Positions 1 through 11,577 of a stretch of 64,000 bases of DNA are shown piece by piece (the first letter of the stretch is position 1; every line of letters starts with the position of its first letter). This stretch comes from Vicugna vicugna (taxonomy: Eukaryota). The DNA lies in NCBI GenBank assembly GCA_013265495.1, contig MU061578.1:1993308-2057307 (forward strand), given 5' to 3'. A program made the translations under genes and the position numbers. The notes below the pieces were generated by a model. That model was not told where the DNA came from. It did no database searches and worked only from the letters and a program-made list of their open reading frames with translations.

Positions 1-984
1 ACTTCCTGGCTGCAGGAGAAATAGAAACTGCCATATTGGAAATCTGACTGTTCAGTGACTCGCAGGAGTCTCCTCTCATTTGTCACAGGCAAGAAAAAAA
101 CGAATGAGTTCAAGTTGTTTAGAAGACAGTCAAACCAAGCTCCTTGAGAAGCAATTATTTTGGAGGAATTTCCCCTATTCTTGAGAGGTTTACCATTTTC
201 ATACTGAAGGGCCTTTAACTGGAAATCACTTTTTTAAACAGCAGTCTCATAAAGCTCTCTCCCCAGCAGTAACAGTGGGAAGATTTGCCCATCTCACAAT
301 ATAACAGGGAAGAAAATCACCTGCTAACCCTTCACCGCCGACCAGCGAGGACACCCTACAGAGAACGGGCTGAGGACGGTAATTATGTTACTGTATTTCC
401 TGCGAATTCTGATCAAGCCGAAGCATGAGTCCAGCTTAGGTGCAGATTTCTGCTGACCGTGACCAGCTCTGCCGCCTTTCCACCTTGGATTCAGAACCTG
501 GGCCAAAACCGCTTTGGGTGCACAACTTCTCCACAAATGTAATACTTGGCCAATGAGACCAACACGCCAGGCACACACCACTCCCATGTTTAGCCACTCA
601 GAGGTTCTCATCGGTGTGAAATATCCAGGGACAAATACACACCATGCCGATTCTTGGAAGGTCTATCCACATGCCCAGAGCAGACCAACGGCATGCTCTC
701 TCCTAGGTCTGGCAAATCCAAGTGCTCGCAATGATCATTTGATGGCTTTTCCATCTCAATGGGGGAGACAAGGGGCCCCCCTGATAAGACCCATCTCGCC
801 TTCTCCTTCTCCCTCCTCTGTCTAGTCAAATATATTTGTACTTTCAGAAAAGAAAAAAATACTGTAATAGTTGTAGGGAGTGTGAGGGATTTGGGGGCCA
901 ACGAAGAAAAAGATCTGAGTAAGAGAGGCAGTAAGACACAGTGAGTTCTGCTGGGTGGCCCCTGGACGGGGCTGAACGAGGGGG

Positions 985-1122
985 ATATTTGTTTCTGTTT
1001 GTGCTGCTACAACAAAAATACCACCAAAGAAACCCGGCTTAAACAATAGACATTTATTTCTCACAGTTCTGGAGGCAAGAAGTCCAGATCCAGGTGCCAG
1101 CAGACTCGGCTCCTGGGGAGAG
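985..1122 (-). mobile_element. MaLR LTR fragment (MLT1A-D type), 3' end
   Basis: 'ggcttaaacaatagacatttatttctcacagttctggagg' is the reverse complement of the MLT1 LTR poly(A)-signal end. Confidence 0.85.
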
Positions 1123-1809
1123 CTAAGATCTACCTACATGGGCTAGTTTAAAAATAATTGAATATGTTAAATTTTTGAGTTCGGTCACAATGGGCTTTTG
1201 AGCAAAGAGGTTCCAGCCAGCAGTGAAGAAATAAACAACCTGGGGCCACATATGGGGACTTGTTAGCAAAACAATGATCAAATCCTGTTTGAAGGCAGGA
1301 GAACAGAGATCCACAGCCAAAGAGATCCACTCCCAGACTCTGAAAGAAGACAGTCAGCAGGAGCAGCAAGATCATGTACCCAAAGGGGCAGGGGTGGGGA
1401 GGGGGGCGCCTGCATGAACAGAGCATCCTTTAAGGAAGGATCAGCAGCAGCGTGGGAGGATGTGCGTCTAGAGTGGCCAGACCATAGGGTTTGTAAGAGA
1501 TACGGATCCTGTTTTCGATGCCAAGTATCTCACAGTGAAACACTGACAAATAATACAAACTTCAAATACATAGTGTGGAACTTCGAATACGTAGTGTGGC
1601 TCCAGCAAAACTCCTCCAGTGGCCAGTTACAGCCTGCGGGAGCCAGCTTCTGTTTCTGTTTCAGCCAACCTCTGTTTCTGACTCCAGGGCAGATGAAAAT
1701 GAGCACGAGTTCCACATGGGGTACATGTGGGGCACCAGGAGGAAGGTCCGGGCCAGCGCTGACCAAGTGAGGGGCTTGCTTCTCCCATGATCTTTTTTAG
1801 CTGCTTGTT

Positions 1810-2420
1810 CTTTTTCTTTTTTTTTTTTAATTTCTTAATGTGGTAAAATACCACATTAACATAACATAAAACCTACCATGTAACCATTGTTAAATAGGCA
1901 ATTCAGTGACATTTAGAACTTTCATAACGTGGTGCGACTACCACCGCTATCCTTCTCCAGAGCTTTTTCATCCTCTCAAATGAAATTCGGTTCCTGTTTA
2001 ACAGTAACTCACCATCCCCTCCCCCTCCGCAGCCCTGGCAACCACCATTCCATTTTCCCGTCTCTATGAATCTGACTACTCTAGGTGTCACCTGTAAGCG
2101 GAATCACACAGAATTTGTCTTTTTTTGTCTGGATTCTTTCACTGAGCATCGTGTTTTCAAGGTTTATCCCTGTAACAGCATGTATCAGATCTCCATTCTT
2201 TTTTTATGGCTGAATAATATTTCATTGTGTGGATGGACCACACCTTCTTTGTTCAGTTATCCATCAATGGACATTTAGGTTTTGTTTCCACCTTTGGGCT
2301 ATTGTGAACGATGCTGCAGTGAACACTGGCATACAAGTACCTGTTTGAGTTTCTGCTTTTGTTTCCTTGGGTAAACACAAAGAAATGGTAATTCCGTTTA
2401 GCTTTTTGAGGAATCTCCTA
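1810..2420 (-). mobile_element. Old L1 (L1MB-like) 3' end
   Basis: T-rich tail at ~1810-1830, then 'cagccctggcaaccaccattc...tttatggctgaataatatttcattgtg...ggacatttagg', typical antisense L1M 3' UTR. Confidence 0.85.
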
Positions 2421-2668
2421 AAATTTTATAGTTTCAAATTATCCCCTAAGTTATAGCAAAGATTTTTTTCCTATAGTGTGTTCTAAACCTAATATTCTCT
2501 ACAGAGCAACAGTGGTTTATATAATTCTAATATGCTTGTCAGTTGCTGAAAAATAGTTTTCTTTTTCTCATTGTGTTATTTCAGTCTTTTTAACTCATTT
2601 TCATCTGTTTAACTTGAAGTTTATTGGCAGTAGCTTTGGGGCTTTGATCAGAGGAGGTATTTTTACCT

Positions 2669-2670
2669 AC

Positions 2671-2702
<32 letters not shown>
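2669..2702. repeat. Compound microsatellite (AC)5(GC)4(AC)8
   Basis: Read directly; 34 bp of uninterrupted purine-pyrimidine alternation. Confidence 0.95.
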
Positions 2703-3096
2703 TCTGCCACACAGATCACATTCTGCAACCCTGCAGAATGAATGACAAAGGTCCCATGGCCTTCTCTCCCCATTAACTGGAAAGATAGAGTTACTCTTCC
2801 CCCTTCAATAGGGAAGAGCCAGTGAGCCCCCCGGGTGCTGACTCAGGACATCGCCACCCCACTGTCAGTCACTAATGGGAAGGGGAGGTTGCTAGGAATG
2901 CAGACTCGGCAGAATGTAACCCCTGGCTCGACAAATAGCCAGGGAATGAAGGTGGCTTCAAGGCAGAGTATGTCTTAAGAGATGAACTCAAATGAGAAAA
3001 CAGTGAAAAAGCAAAGAGTTAGGGGTTCATAAAATTCATCTGTTTGTTCAAGAGCCCTCAGTGTATACAGAATCCTTTAAAACTGTGTGTGTGTGT

Positions 3097-3350
3097 CAGA
3101 CACGGTTACCAAAGGGGAAAGGTGGGGGAGGGAAAAATAAGGAGTTTGAGATTAATGTATATGAAATAGATAACCAGCAAGGTCCTACTGTACAGCACAG
3201 GGAATTCTATTCAATATCTTGTAATAATCTATAATGGAAAAGAATCTGAAAAAGAAGAGATTTTTATATATGTATGTGTAACTGAATCAATTTGCTGTAC
3301 ATCTGAAACACTGTAAATCAACTATACCGCAATGAAAACTGAAAAAAGAA
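3097..3350 (+). mobile_element. 5'-truncated cetartiodactyl-type L1 3' UTR
   Basis: 'ggttaccaaaggggaaagg...aaggtcctactgtacagcacaggga...aatggaaaagaatctgaaaaaga...gtaaatcaactata' followed by an A-rich tail. Confidence 0.85.
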
Positions 3351-3529
3351 TTTCTGCACCAATAGGGAAAAAAAATTGTGTGTCTGTTTAATCACCTTTT
3401 AGGCACTAGGACCTCCGATAAGTCACGAAGACACACAAATCATTAAGGAAACTTCCCCACTATCAAGAAGCTCACAGACTAGCAGAGGAAGAAGTTAAAC
3501 AAGAAAACATTAAAAAGTAATAAAAACAG

Positions 3530-3735
3530 TCACTCACTCTGCCCCAGGCACTTCATAGGTGTTGTCTTATTTCCTCCCACGGTCATTCTATAGAGACAGG
3601 TCCTGTTAATTGGCCACTTTTTTTTTTTAAACAGAGGAGGAAACTATCTCAGAGAAGTTAATTAACTTGTTCAAATTCACACGGCTAGTAAAAGTAGTAG
3701 GTGGACTGGCCCCAGGCACCCTTGATTCTGAAAGC
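3530..3735 (-). mobile_element. MIR SINE
   Basis: Reverse core 'acagaggaggaaact...cagagaagttaattaacttgttcaaattcacacggct'. Confidence 0.7.
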
Positions 3736-4009
3736 GCTCACCCTGTGAAGCCCGGCCTGTGCTACGTGTCAAAAGGAAAGTGTGCACACGGCTGAGCTGA
3801 GGCTTATAAGGATGAGCGGAAATGCTCCTTTGTGCCAGGCAGGGGCACATCACGAGGAGGTGGAAGGGTGCTGTCAGATACACCTAGAACAGACGGACAG
3901 TATGGCAGGGTCCTGAGGGTCATCCTAGGAGGCTGGGGTTCAGGGGTGCTGGGGATGGGAATGGCCTGAAATGAAGAGAAGGAAGTCGGACCCAGGATTC
4001 CAGCACAGA

Positions 4010-4160
4010 GTTTCCCAAGAACTGACCCACCGTTTACACTCACCTGACACACCTGACTCACCAGGGGCACTTGTTAAAAATACAGACTCCTGATCCCCAC
4101 CAGAGACACACTGAGTCTCCATCTCAGAGCAGAGCTGAGAGCCCCGTATTTTGCGTCTTG
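4010..4160. mobile_element. MER5-like hAT-Charlie MITE
   Basis: 'cacttgttaaaaatacagactcctgatccccacc...actgagtc' resembles the MER5A/B core. Confidence 0.6.
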
Positions 4161-4669
4161 TGGATCGTGAAGTTGGATGCATGTTAAACCCCGGTGCACA
4201 TACTCCAATGGCTTGGCACGGCAGTGCCTGCAGGAGCTTTGTTAAACTAGGACACATGGAGATAAATAATGAAGTGGAAGGTAAAATTACAGAATGCATT
4301 TTTGTAAGATGAAGACTCAGAGGAGGTCTAAGAAAGAACAAAGGTAAGTTTGCAGTGGGAATTGCCCCCGTCTCCACCTCCTCTCCACTCTTCACTAGCC
4401 TCCATCCCAAACCCAGGAGTCTGCATCCTCGTACACCAGCAAAGTGTTCATAAAGGAGTGAGGGGAACCACGGCAGATGCTGGGCACACTGGGAGGATGT
4501 CAGCCCAGAAAAAGGACGAAGACAGCTTGGAGCTGCAGAAGGAATGCATAGCCATCTGAAGTCATAGCTTCAAGCAATGTGGCCTTAAGAGAATAAAAGA
4601 GTCTGAGAAGGAAAGGCAAAATAGTAACACTAAATAATAACATTCACTATAATATGTATTGTATATATT

Positions 4670-4875
4670 CATTAATATGTATTGAGCCATGATGAATTAC
4701 CTGTGTAATTCTCAATAACAACAAAAACCACCTGGTGTAGGTACTACAATTTATCTATTGCACACACATGTAAACTGAGGCTCAAACATATTACGCGACC
4801 TGCCCAAGGGCCTGTGATAAGAAAGATGGCCAGAGTAGAGGGAAAGGAGATTCCACTCACTTCAGTTCGCAGCTT
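4670..4875 (-). mobile_element. MIR SINE
   Basis: 'aaactgaggctca...gacctgcccaaggg' reverse core. Confidence 0.65.
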
Positions 4876-4899
4876 GGTCAAGCACAGCATGAGGAAGAA

Positions 4900-5562
4900 G
4901 CTGACACAGAAACTAGAACCCTCTTGCTCCACTGGTGGGAATGGAAAACCCTGCAGCTGCCATAGAAAAACCCAGCAGCTCCTCGGTAAGTGGGACACAG
5001 AGTCATCACATGGCGCAACAACTGCACATCTAGTTCTAAACCCAGAATAATTGACAACGGGGACTCAGACAAATGCTTGCACACACGTTCAAATGCGTGC
5101 ACGCAAGCCAAGAGGTGGAAACATCCCACAAGCCCACGATGAGTGGATAAACAAAATGTGACACGTGCCTGCAATGGAACATGACTCAGCCAGAAACAGG
5201 AATGAAATCCTGATACATTTCACAAGGGGGAAGAGCCTCAAAAACACAATGCTCAGTGAAATTAGCCAGGCGCAAAGGGCCCCATGCTGCATGATTCCTT
5301 CCATGTGAAATATCCAGAATAAAATAATCCATAGAGAGAGAAAGAAGGAGGGGTTGGCAGGGAAGAAGAAATGGGGAGGGGCTGCTTAATGGGTATAGGA
5401 TTTCCTTTTGGGGTGATAAACACATCTTAGCACTAGATGGTGGTGCTGCTCATACAATATTGTGAACATACTAAACACCACTGAATTGCATGTTTAAAAC
5501 CTGTGAGTGGTTAATTTCAACATTCACTGACATGTTATGTGAATGTTGCTTCAATAAAAAAT
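4900..5562 (+). mobile_element. Old L1 (L1MB-like) ORF2 end and 3' UTR
   Basis: 'gatgagtggataaacaaaatgtg...aggaatgaaatcctgatacat...atgctcagtgaaattagccag', ends 'tcaataaaaaa'. Confidence 0.85.
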
Positions 5563-6369
5563 GCAAAAGAAAAGGAGACAGGAATCCCACGGTCTGTTTT
5601 CTCTCAAAGGAAATCCAGGGCCAGTCTGCTCAGTTCACTAAAAAGGGAATCTTGAGGGTGTCAGGCAGGGGAACACCAGGACCAGGCATCTCTGCCAACG
5701 AACAAGCATCTTGGAAGTCACACGTCACCCCAGCGCTGGGAGAGAAAGTGTGGGAGACACTAAGAAAGTCCAGAGAGGTTTCCGTTCATTGTGAACAAAC
5801 TCTGTGAGGCATTTCTGCTCTCATTCAAACACCATGGAAACGGTATTACGATGGATGAGAAGAGACTTCAGAGATAAGGAAGGGGGATACAGAGACCTTG
5901 TGTGATGGGACCAAGGTCACACAGTAAGAACACAGCCAAATTAGCACCCAGACCTGTTGAAATGTCAGAACCTATAGACCCAGCATCTCCAAGACCCATG
6001 AGGATCCCAGCGAACCAACCTGAAGGAGTGTGATGGGGTGTCAGCCACCTGTGGAGTGTGTGGGAACGGTGATTTACATTCAGCACCCCTGCCTTTCATC
6101 CTCGCTGGTCCTTGAATCCACATCCCAAAATGCTCTCAGCTGCCATCTCTGCACAGTATCTCCCAGGATGCCTACGTGAGCTACACGGTTTTCATTTCTG
6201 CCAATTATTCTCCTGGCTGGAGATGGAGACTCAGGACGTTCCGTTCCGCTGCCCAGACGCCTAGTTCCCTTCCCTCCACTAAATCATTAATGACATTTTT
6301 TTTCGTTCATTGTCACTTATGTGGCACACGATCCGTTTTAATTCTTAAAGTCCTACCTTGACTCATAAA

Positions 6370-6900
6370 GGCAGTGATTAAGGATGCTTCGACTTTGGAG
6401 TAAGGCAACTTCGGGACTGAAATAAACCCATCCCTTAACCAGCTGCATGGCTTCAGGACAACAACATCGGCCCCCTCTGCCTCTGTCTTCTCTGCAAAAC
6501 GGGGACGACTGGGACCCTGACATCAAGGGACTGCTGTGAGCATCAAATGAGATAATGCGTGGGACCCTCCTGGACCCGATATTCAGTGGGCGCCAGGTAC
6601 CCATCCAGTAAGTGTTAGTTATTTCAAGAGGAGGCACTATAGTTTAGTGAAGAAAAGGTTGGGATAAACAGTTTGACCACCTGGGTTCAAAGAGTGACTT
6701 CATCACTGCCAGCTAAGTAAACCTGGGCAAGTTACAGACCTTCTCTGAGCCTCGGTTTTCTCATCTGTAAAATGGAAATAGCAGTACCTATCAGACTGGA
6801 CGAGTATGAACATTAAGTCATATTGTCCATAAACAAGCTAAGTACAGAGTCTGACAAACACATATGTGCTCAGTCGCTGTGGTCATTAATATTACTATGA
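6370..6900 (+). mobile_element. Two tandem near-full-length MIRs (~6370-6623 and ~6630-6900)
   Basis: Second copy has a clear core 'ctgggcaagttac...ctctgagcctcggttttctcatctgtaaaatgg'; first has 'ctgtgagcatcaaatgagataatg' and tail 'agtaagtgttagttatt'. Confidence 0.8.
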
Positions 6901-6999
6901 TTCACAGCAGAATGTGACGGCTCTTGTTGGTCATGTTCATTTAAATAATCACTTCATCTAAATAAGAAAACAAAATTTGCAAGGCAATTAATTTTTCAG

Positions 7000-9185
7000 C
7001 AAGCAAAATTACCTACAGCTAAGGCAAACCAGATTGAAATACATCTATTGGATGAAAACAGATTAGCGGTTGCCCATGGGTGTGGGGATGAGAGAGGGGC
7101 TGACTGCAAAGGAAGTTTGCGAGTGAGGAAATGTTTTGCATGGTCCATGCTGGGGGATTCAAAACTTTCTGTATTTGCCAAAATCTGCAGCACTGCACAC
7201 CACAATTTTACTGTGTGTAAATTTTTAAAAAATCAACAAGAGTGTGGGAGGAAACAGAGAAGGAATGCAGACTGACCAACTAATTTAATGATATTACAGA
7301 TGAATCATATAACCACGCTGAAAGGAGGGAGGAAGAAAGGAAAGTAGCTTTGGGATGATCTGATACTACACAGAGAAAATCCTAAAGACACTATCAGAAA
7401 ACTACTAGGGCTCATCAGTGAATTCGGTAAAGTTGCAGGATATGAAATTAATGCACAGAAATCTGTTGCATTTCTATACACTAACAACAAAATATCAGAA
7501 GAGAAATTAAGGAAGCCATCCCATTTACCATTGCATCAAAAGAACAAAATACCTAGGAATAAACCTACATAAGGAGGCAAAAGACCTGTACTCCGAAAAC
7601 TGTTGAAGATGCTGTTGAAAGAAATTGAAGATGACACAAACAGATAGAAAGGTATATTGTGTTCTTGGATTGGAAGAATCAATATTGTTAAAATGGCCAT
7701 ACTACTCAAGGCAATATACAGATTCAGTGCAATCCCTATCAAACTACCAATGGCATTCTCACAGAACTGAAACCAAAAATTTTTTAAATTGTATGGAAAC
7801 ACAAAAGATCCAGAATAGCCAAAACAATCTTGAGAAAGAAGAATGGAGCTAGGGGAATCATGCGCCATGACTTCAGACTATACTACAGAGCTATAGTAAT
7901 CAAAACAGTATGGCACTGACACAAAAATAGACACACAGATCAATGGAACAGGATAGGAAGTCCAGAAATAAACCTACACACTTATGGTTAATTAACCTAT
8001 GACAAAGGAGGCAAGAAATATACAATGGAGAAAAGACAAACTCTTCAATAAGTGGTGCTTGGGAAACTGGAGAGCTACCTGTAAAAAAATGAAATTAGAG
8101 CATTCTCTAACACCATATACAAAAATAAACTCAAAGTGGATTAAAGACCTAAATGTATGACTGGATACTCTGCTCATATCTTGGTTCCCAAATACTGTTC
8201 TTCAACAAAAGGAACCAGAGTTCCCTGGAGAAGGGGCTGATTCCAGGGAGGGGTTAGAGAAAACATAAGATGTGCCTGGAGCATCATAGGGTGCCAAAAA
8301 TTTAGGAAGCACTGAAAAAAAAAAAGTAAATATGTCTAAAGGGCACAAGAATCAAACAGAAGGAGCTCCCAAGAGTCAAAGCTGGAATACTTTGAGCAAG
8401 AAAAATAATGAGAAAATTAGATTATAACCCAAAGGAAAAAAATATTCTTGAGTTGACACTGACATAAACAACCTAAATAAACAACTACATCTCTTATAGA
8501 AGAGTTCCAATTAACACATGTAAAAGGATGAGGGAAATAGAAAATCACTGTCAGAACGACAAAGTAATAAATTAGTGTGCTGTTAAGTACAAATGGAAAA
8601 AACGGCAACCTTCCAGGGAAGAAACTTGGCAGACACCACCTCAACCATGTGATCAGGGGTAGTATCACCAGTAATGAGACACACAGCGCTCACGTGTCCT
8701 CCAATGTGGGGCACTGAGAAGAACGCATCACTTTTATGTCACCTTTTCCAATCATACATAACTTCAGTCTAGTCAGGGACAGACGGCAGACAACCCCAAA
8801 TTGAGGGATAGGCTACAAAACAAAAATCCATGCAAGAACAAACAAACAAACAAAAAAAAAAACGAAAGACAGAAAAAAAAAAAAAAGAGCAACTTCCACA
8901 GATTGGAGGAAACTAAGGTGACAGGACAACTAAATACCACGTGGATAACAAAACAGATCCTGAAAGAGTAAGAGAACGAAAGGACAAAAGTAAAAACTGG
9001 TGAAATCCTAGGGAAGTGTCTATTTCAGTGAATAGCTCTGGACTCATGTTAATTTCTGTTTCAACTACTGCATTATGTCGACATAAGATATTCAGAGAAG
9101 ATAAGTGAAGGGTATACAGGACTTCTTTATACTACTTTTGCAACTCTTCTGAAAGTCCAAGATTGTCTCCAAAAAAGGTCTCAAA
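7000..9185 (+). mobile_element. Old L1MD/L1MC-like 3' UTR, interrupted by a younger L1 fragment
   Basis: 'ggaatgcagactg...' upstream, and 'atcttggttcccaaatac...aaaggaaccagag...gagctcccaa...aaagctggaa...cttggcagacaccacctcaacca...ttttgcaactcttctg' downstream, match the long L1MD-type 3' UTR. Confidence 0.75.
7353..8169 (+). pseudogene. Disrupted LINE-1 ORF2 fragment (from the RT catalytic DD onward)
   Basis: Translates DDLILHRENPKDTIRKLLGLISEFGKVAGYEINAQKSVAFLYTNN and, after frameshifts and stops, KYLGINL and [15 protein letters not shown], which are classic L1 ORF2p motifs. Confidence 0.95.
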
Positions 9186-9990
9186 ATTCTTTACAGCTGC
9201 TAAATCAAAAGTTTCAGACACCTGGAGTCTTATTAGAAATATTTCACTTATCACCAGCTAAGTTATTACCCTCACTTTATGTTTAGAAGGAAATCAGATA
9301 ATGAAGGCAAGCATAAATTTTTAAAGAAAACTTGCCCATGTCTTCTTTTTTCCAAATTCTATTAAATATTTTAAATCTAACTTCTTTTAGAAAGTGATCT
9401 AGTTCGGCATGGTAGACACGGTTATTATTTCCGGTCATTTGAAATGCACAGCTAACACGCACACTAAGGTGACCTTGTTTTAAAGGGAATTCTCATGCAT
9501 CTGTTTAGTATCCTTTGCAAGATGGCCACAAATCCCCAAGAACGTACACCTTCATAGTCATCTATGGATTTTAGGCTCTACACCCCTTAAACTCTCACCC
9601 TTCCCACACGAGTTCCTTTTCCACTGGGTCTACCTCACCCAGGAATGGAACTCAGCAACTGAGCCCTGATTTCTGCACGACTACTATGCTGCTCTCCTCA
9701 CCTGCGTGGGCTTCATCTCCAGGCAGGTGGTAGGGTGGCTGCAGCACACATGGTTGTCATATCCACGGACGACAGTCTCCACTGAAATGCAAGGGAGTAT
9801 CCTTCTGTTACCCTCCCAGGAAAGAGGAAACTTTAATCTGCAGCCTCTAGAGAGAGACATGTATGTCTCATCGTGCATCCTGTGCCATTCTCCTTTATTT
9901 TTAAACCAAGCTTCACGAGCCAGGGTAGTCCCAAGGCTCAGGATGGCCGAGGCCCGAGTACCGGGCGATTGTTATGTGTGTGGTTTAGAA

Positions 9991-10215
9991 CAGGAATTGG
10001 AGAATCACGGTCCACAGGCCAAACCCAGCCCACTGCTGAGTTTCGCAAATCAACTTTGCAAATACATATGTGTTGGAATATAGCCAAACCCATTTGTCTC
10101 TGGATTGCCTATGACTGCCTTTGCACAATGACTGAGTAAGCAGTTGTGAAAAAGACTCTATGTCCCATACAGCCCAAGTCCTGGCTCTTTACAGAAAAAA
10201 GTTTGCTGACTACTG
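9991..10215 (+). mobile_element. MER58A-like hAT-Charlie MITE
   Basis: Starts 'cagg...ggccaaacccagccc', ends 'ctggctctttacagaaaaaagtttgctgactactg'; ~225 bp. Confidence 0.85.
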
Positions 10216-11577
10216 GCGTCAATGAATGACACAGTGCACCTGGAATTCCTCTCAGCACTCTTACCCTCCCTGCCCGCTGTGCAAGGGCAGAGGAATAAAA
10301 CAGATGTTCTGGAGACAACTAAGACGCCCAGTACCATCCAACCCCTGGGCCAAGCAAACTCACAAATCTATGAAAGGGCTGCTCCGTGATGAGCGCCCTC
10401 CTGGTTTATGTGGCTTGAATTCACTTTCTCTTATAAAATTATCATGATGGTGAATAGCTATTTTTTTGCCTTAGTGTCCTTCTCTGGAAAAAAATGAAAG
10501 CTTGCAAGCCTGTGACAGCCTAATTTTCATTCATTAAATTTTATCAGGAAGTGAAATCCTAAAACGTGAAGTTTTTGTCTCACACCATGTCACTGATTTC
10601 TCACAAGAACCCTAGATGTTAGTCATTTTAAACTACGAAAGCTTCTGAAATGAAATTCAAAGTGGTTTAGTGCCGATAAACAAGTTATGCATGTTCTCAT
10701 TAATCGTCTGCAAAACACAGTCTCAGAAAGACTGAATGGTGTTAGTGGTCAGCAAGTTCCACCCTTCTCCAAGAAGACTTTCATGCCATTGATTATACTG
10801 ATTCTAATTGGTTACGTTCCACTCATAAAAATGAGCAATAAACAACTATGGGTACCAATGTCGTAACTGTTACCATTCTTAGAAGCAATGAAGGTCAAAA
10901 CACAATCTACACACAAAAGGTGATCCTAATGCTCTCCATGCCTTCAATTTCAAAGGCAGTCCTATAACTTACCACGGCATGAGATGACCCCTCATTGCAG
11001 GAGATGGAAATAATATTTATCTAAGAACTTAATTGTAAAGTGATCTATGAGAGAAGAATTTACTCGCCAACATCAGGTCATCCTTTAAGAACACAAACTT
11101 TTTTCTTTGGCACATCAGAGAAGATGAAGAGGGGGGGAAAAAAAAAGGAGTGCTTACCTAGCTAGAGATTGACAACTAGGAAGAATGTAAATAAAGACTT
11201 TCTCTCCAGGCGGCAGGAGTTTGAATACAGTCACGCTTAGTCCTAAGTGAAATCTCTTTGACAGAAAACTGCTCTATTTAGAACAGCTGGATATCAACCC
11301 TTGGGTTTCAGATCACGATAATAAAATGTCATTATTATGCTGGTGGTGATGTGGATTTCTCTGGGATGGGAGCAAAGTGAAGGCCTGGCAGTGGCATCAA
11401 TAGATGTGAAGAGTAGCAGGAACCACGGCCTGTCTGACTCCTCTGAATCAATTCAAGAAAACAAACATTTCTACAGTGTGTATTTCATGCCAGGCACCGT
11501 GCCCCTCCCATACTCTAAATGAGGGGGAACCCAAGGTTCAGCTTCAATTTCTGCTTTTCTTCTTTCTCTTACCCTGA

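Noticed and set aside
398..412. 'ctgcgaattctg' resembles the 3' end of the CPEB3 HDV-like ribozyme
   Set aside because: Upstream P1/P3 sequence is absent; short chance match
3940..4410. 156-aa minus-strand ORF
   Set aside because: Overlaps a MER5-like repeat; no homology recognised
7305..8177. ORFs 7305-7490, 7536-7868, 7625-7852 and 7992-8177
   Set aside because: Antisense or off-frame readings of the broken L1 ORF2 fragment
10965..11065. 72-nt minus-strand segment (11044-10973) between AG and GTAAGT
   Set aside because: Stops in all three frames; not supportable as a coding exon
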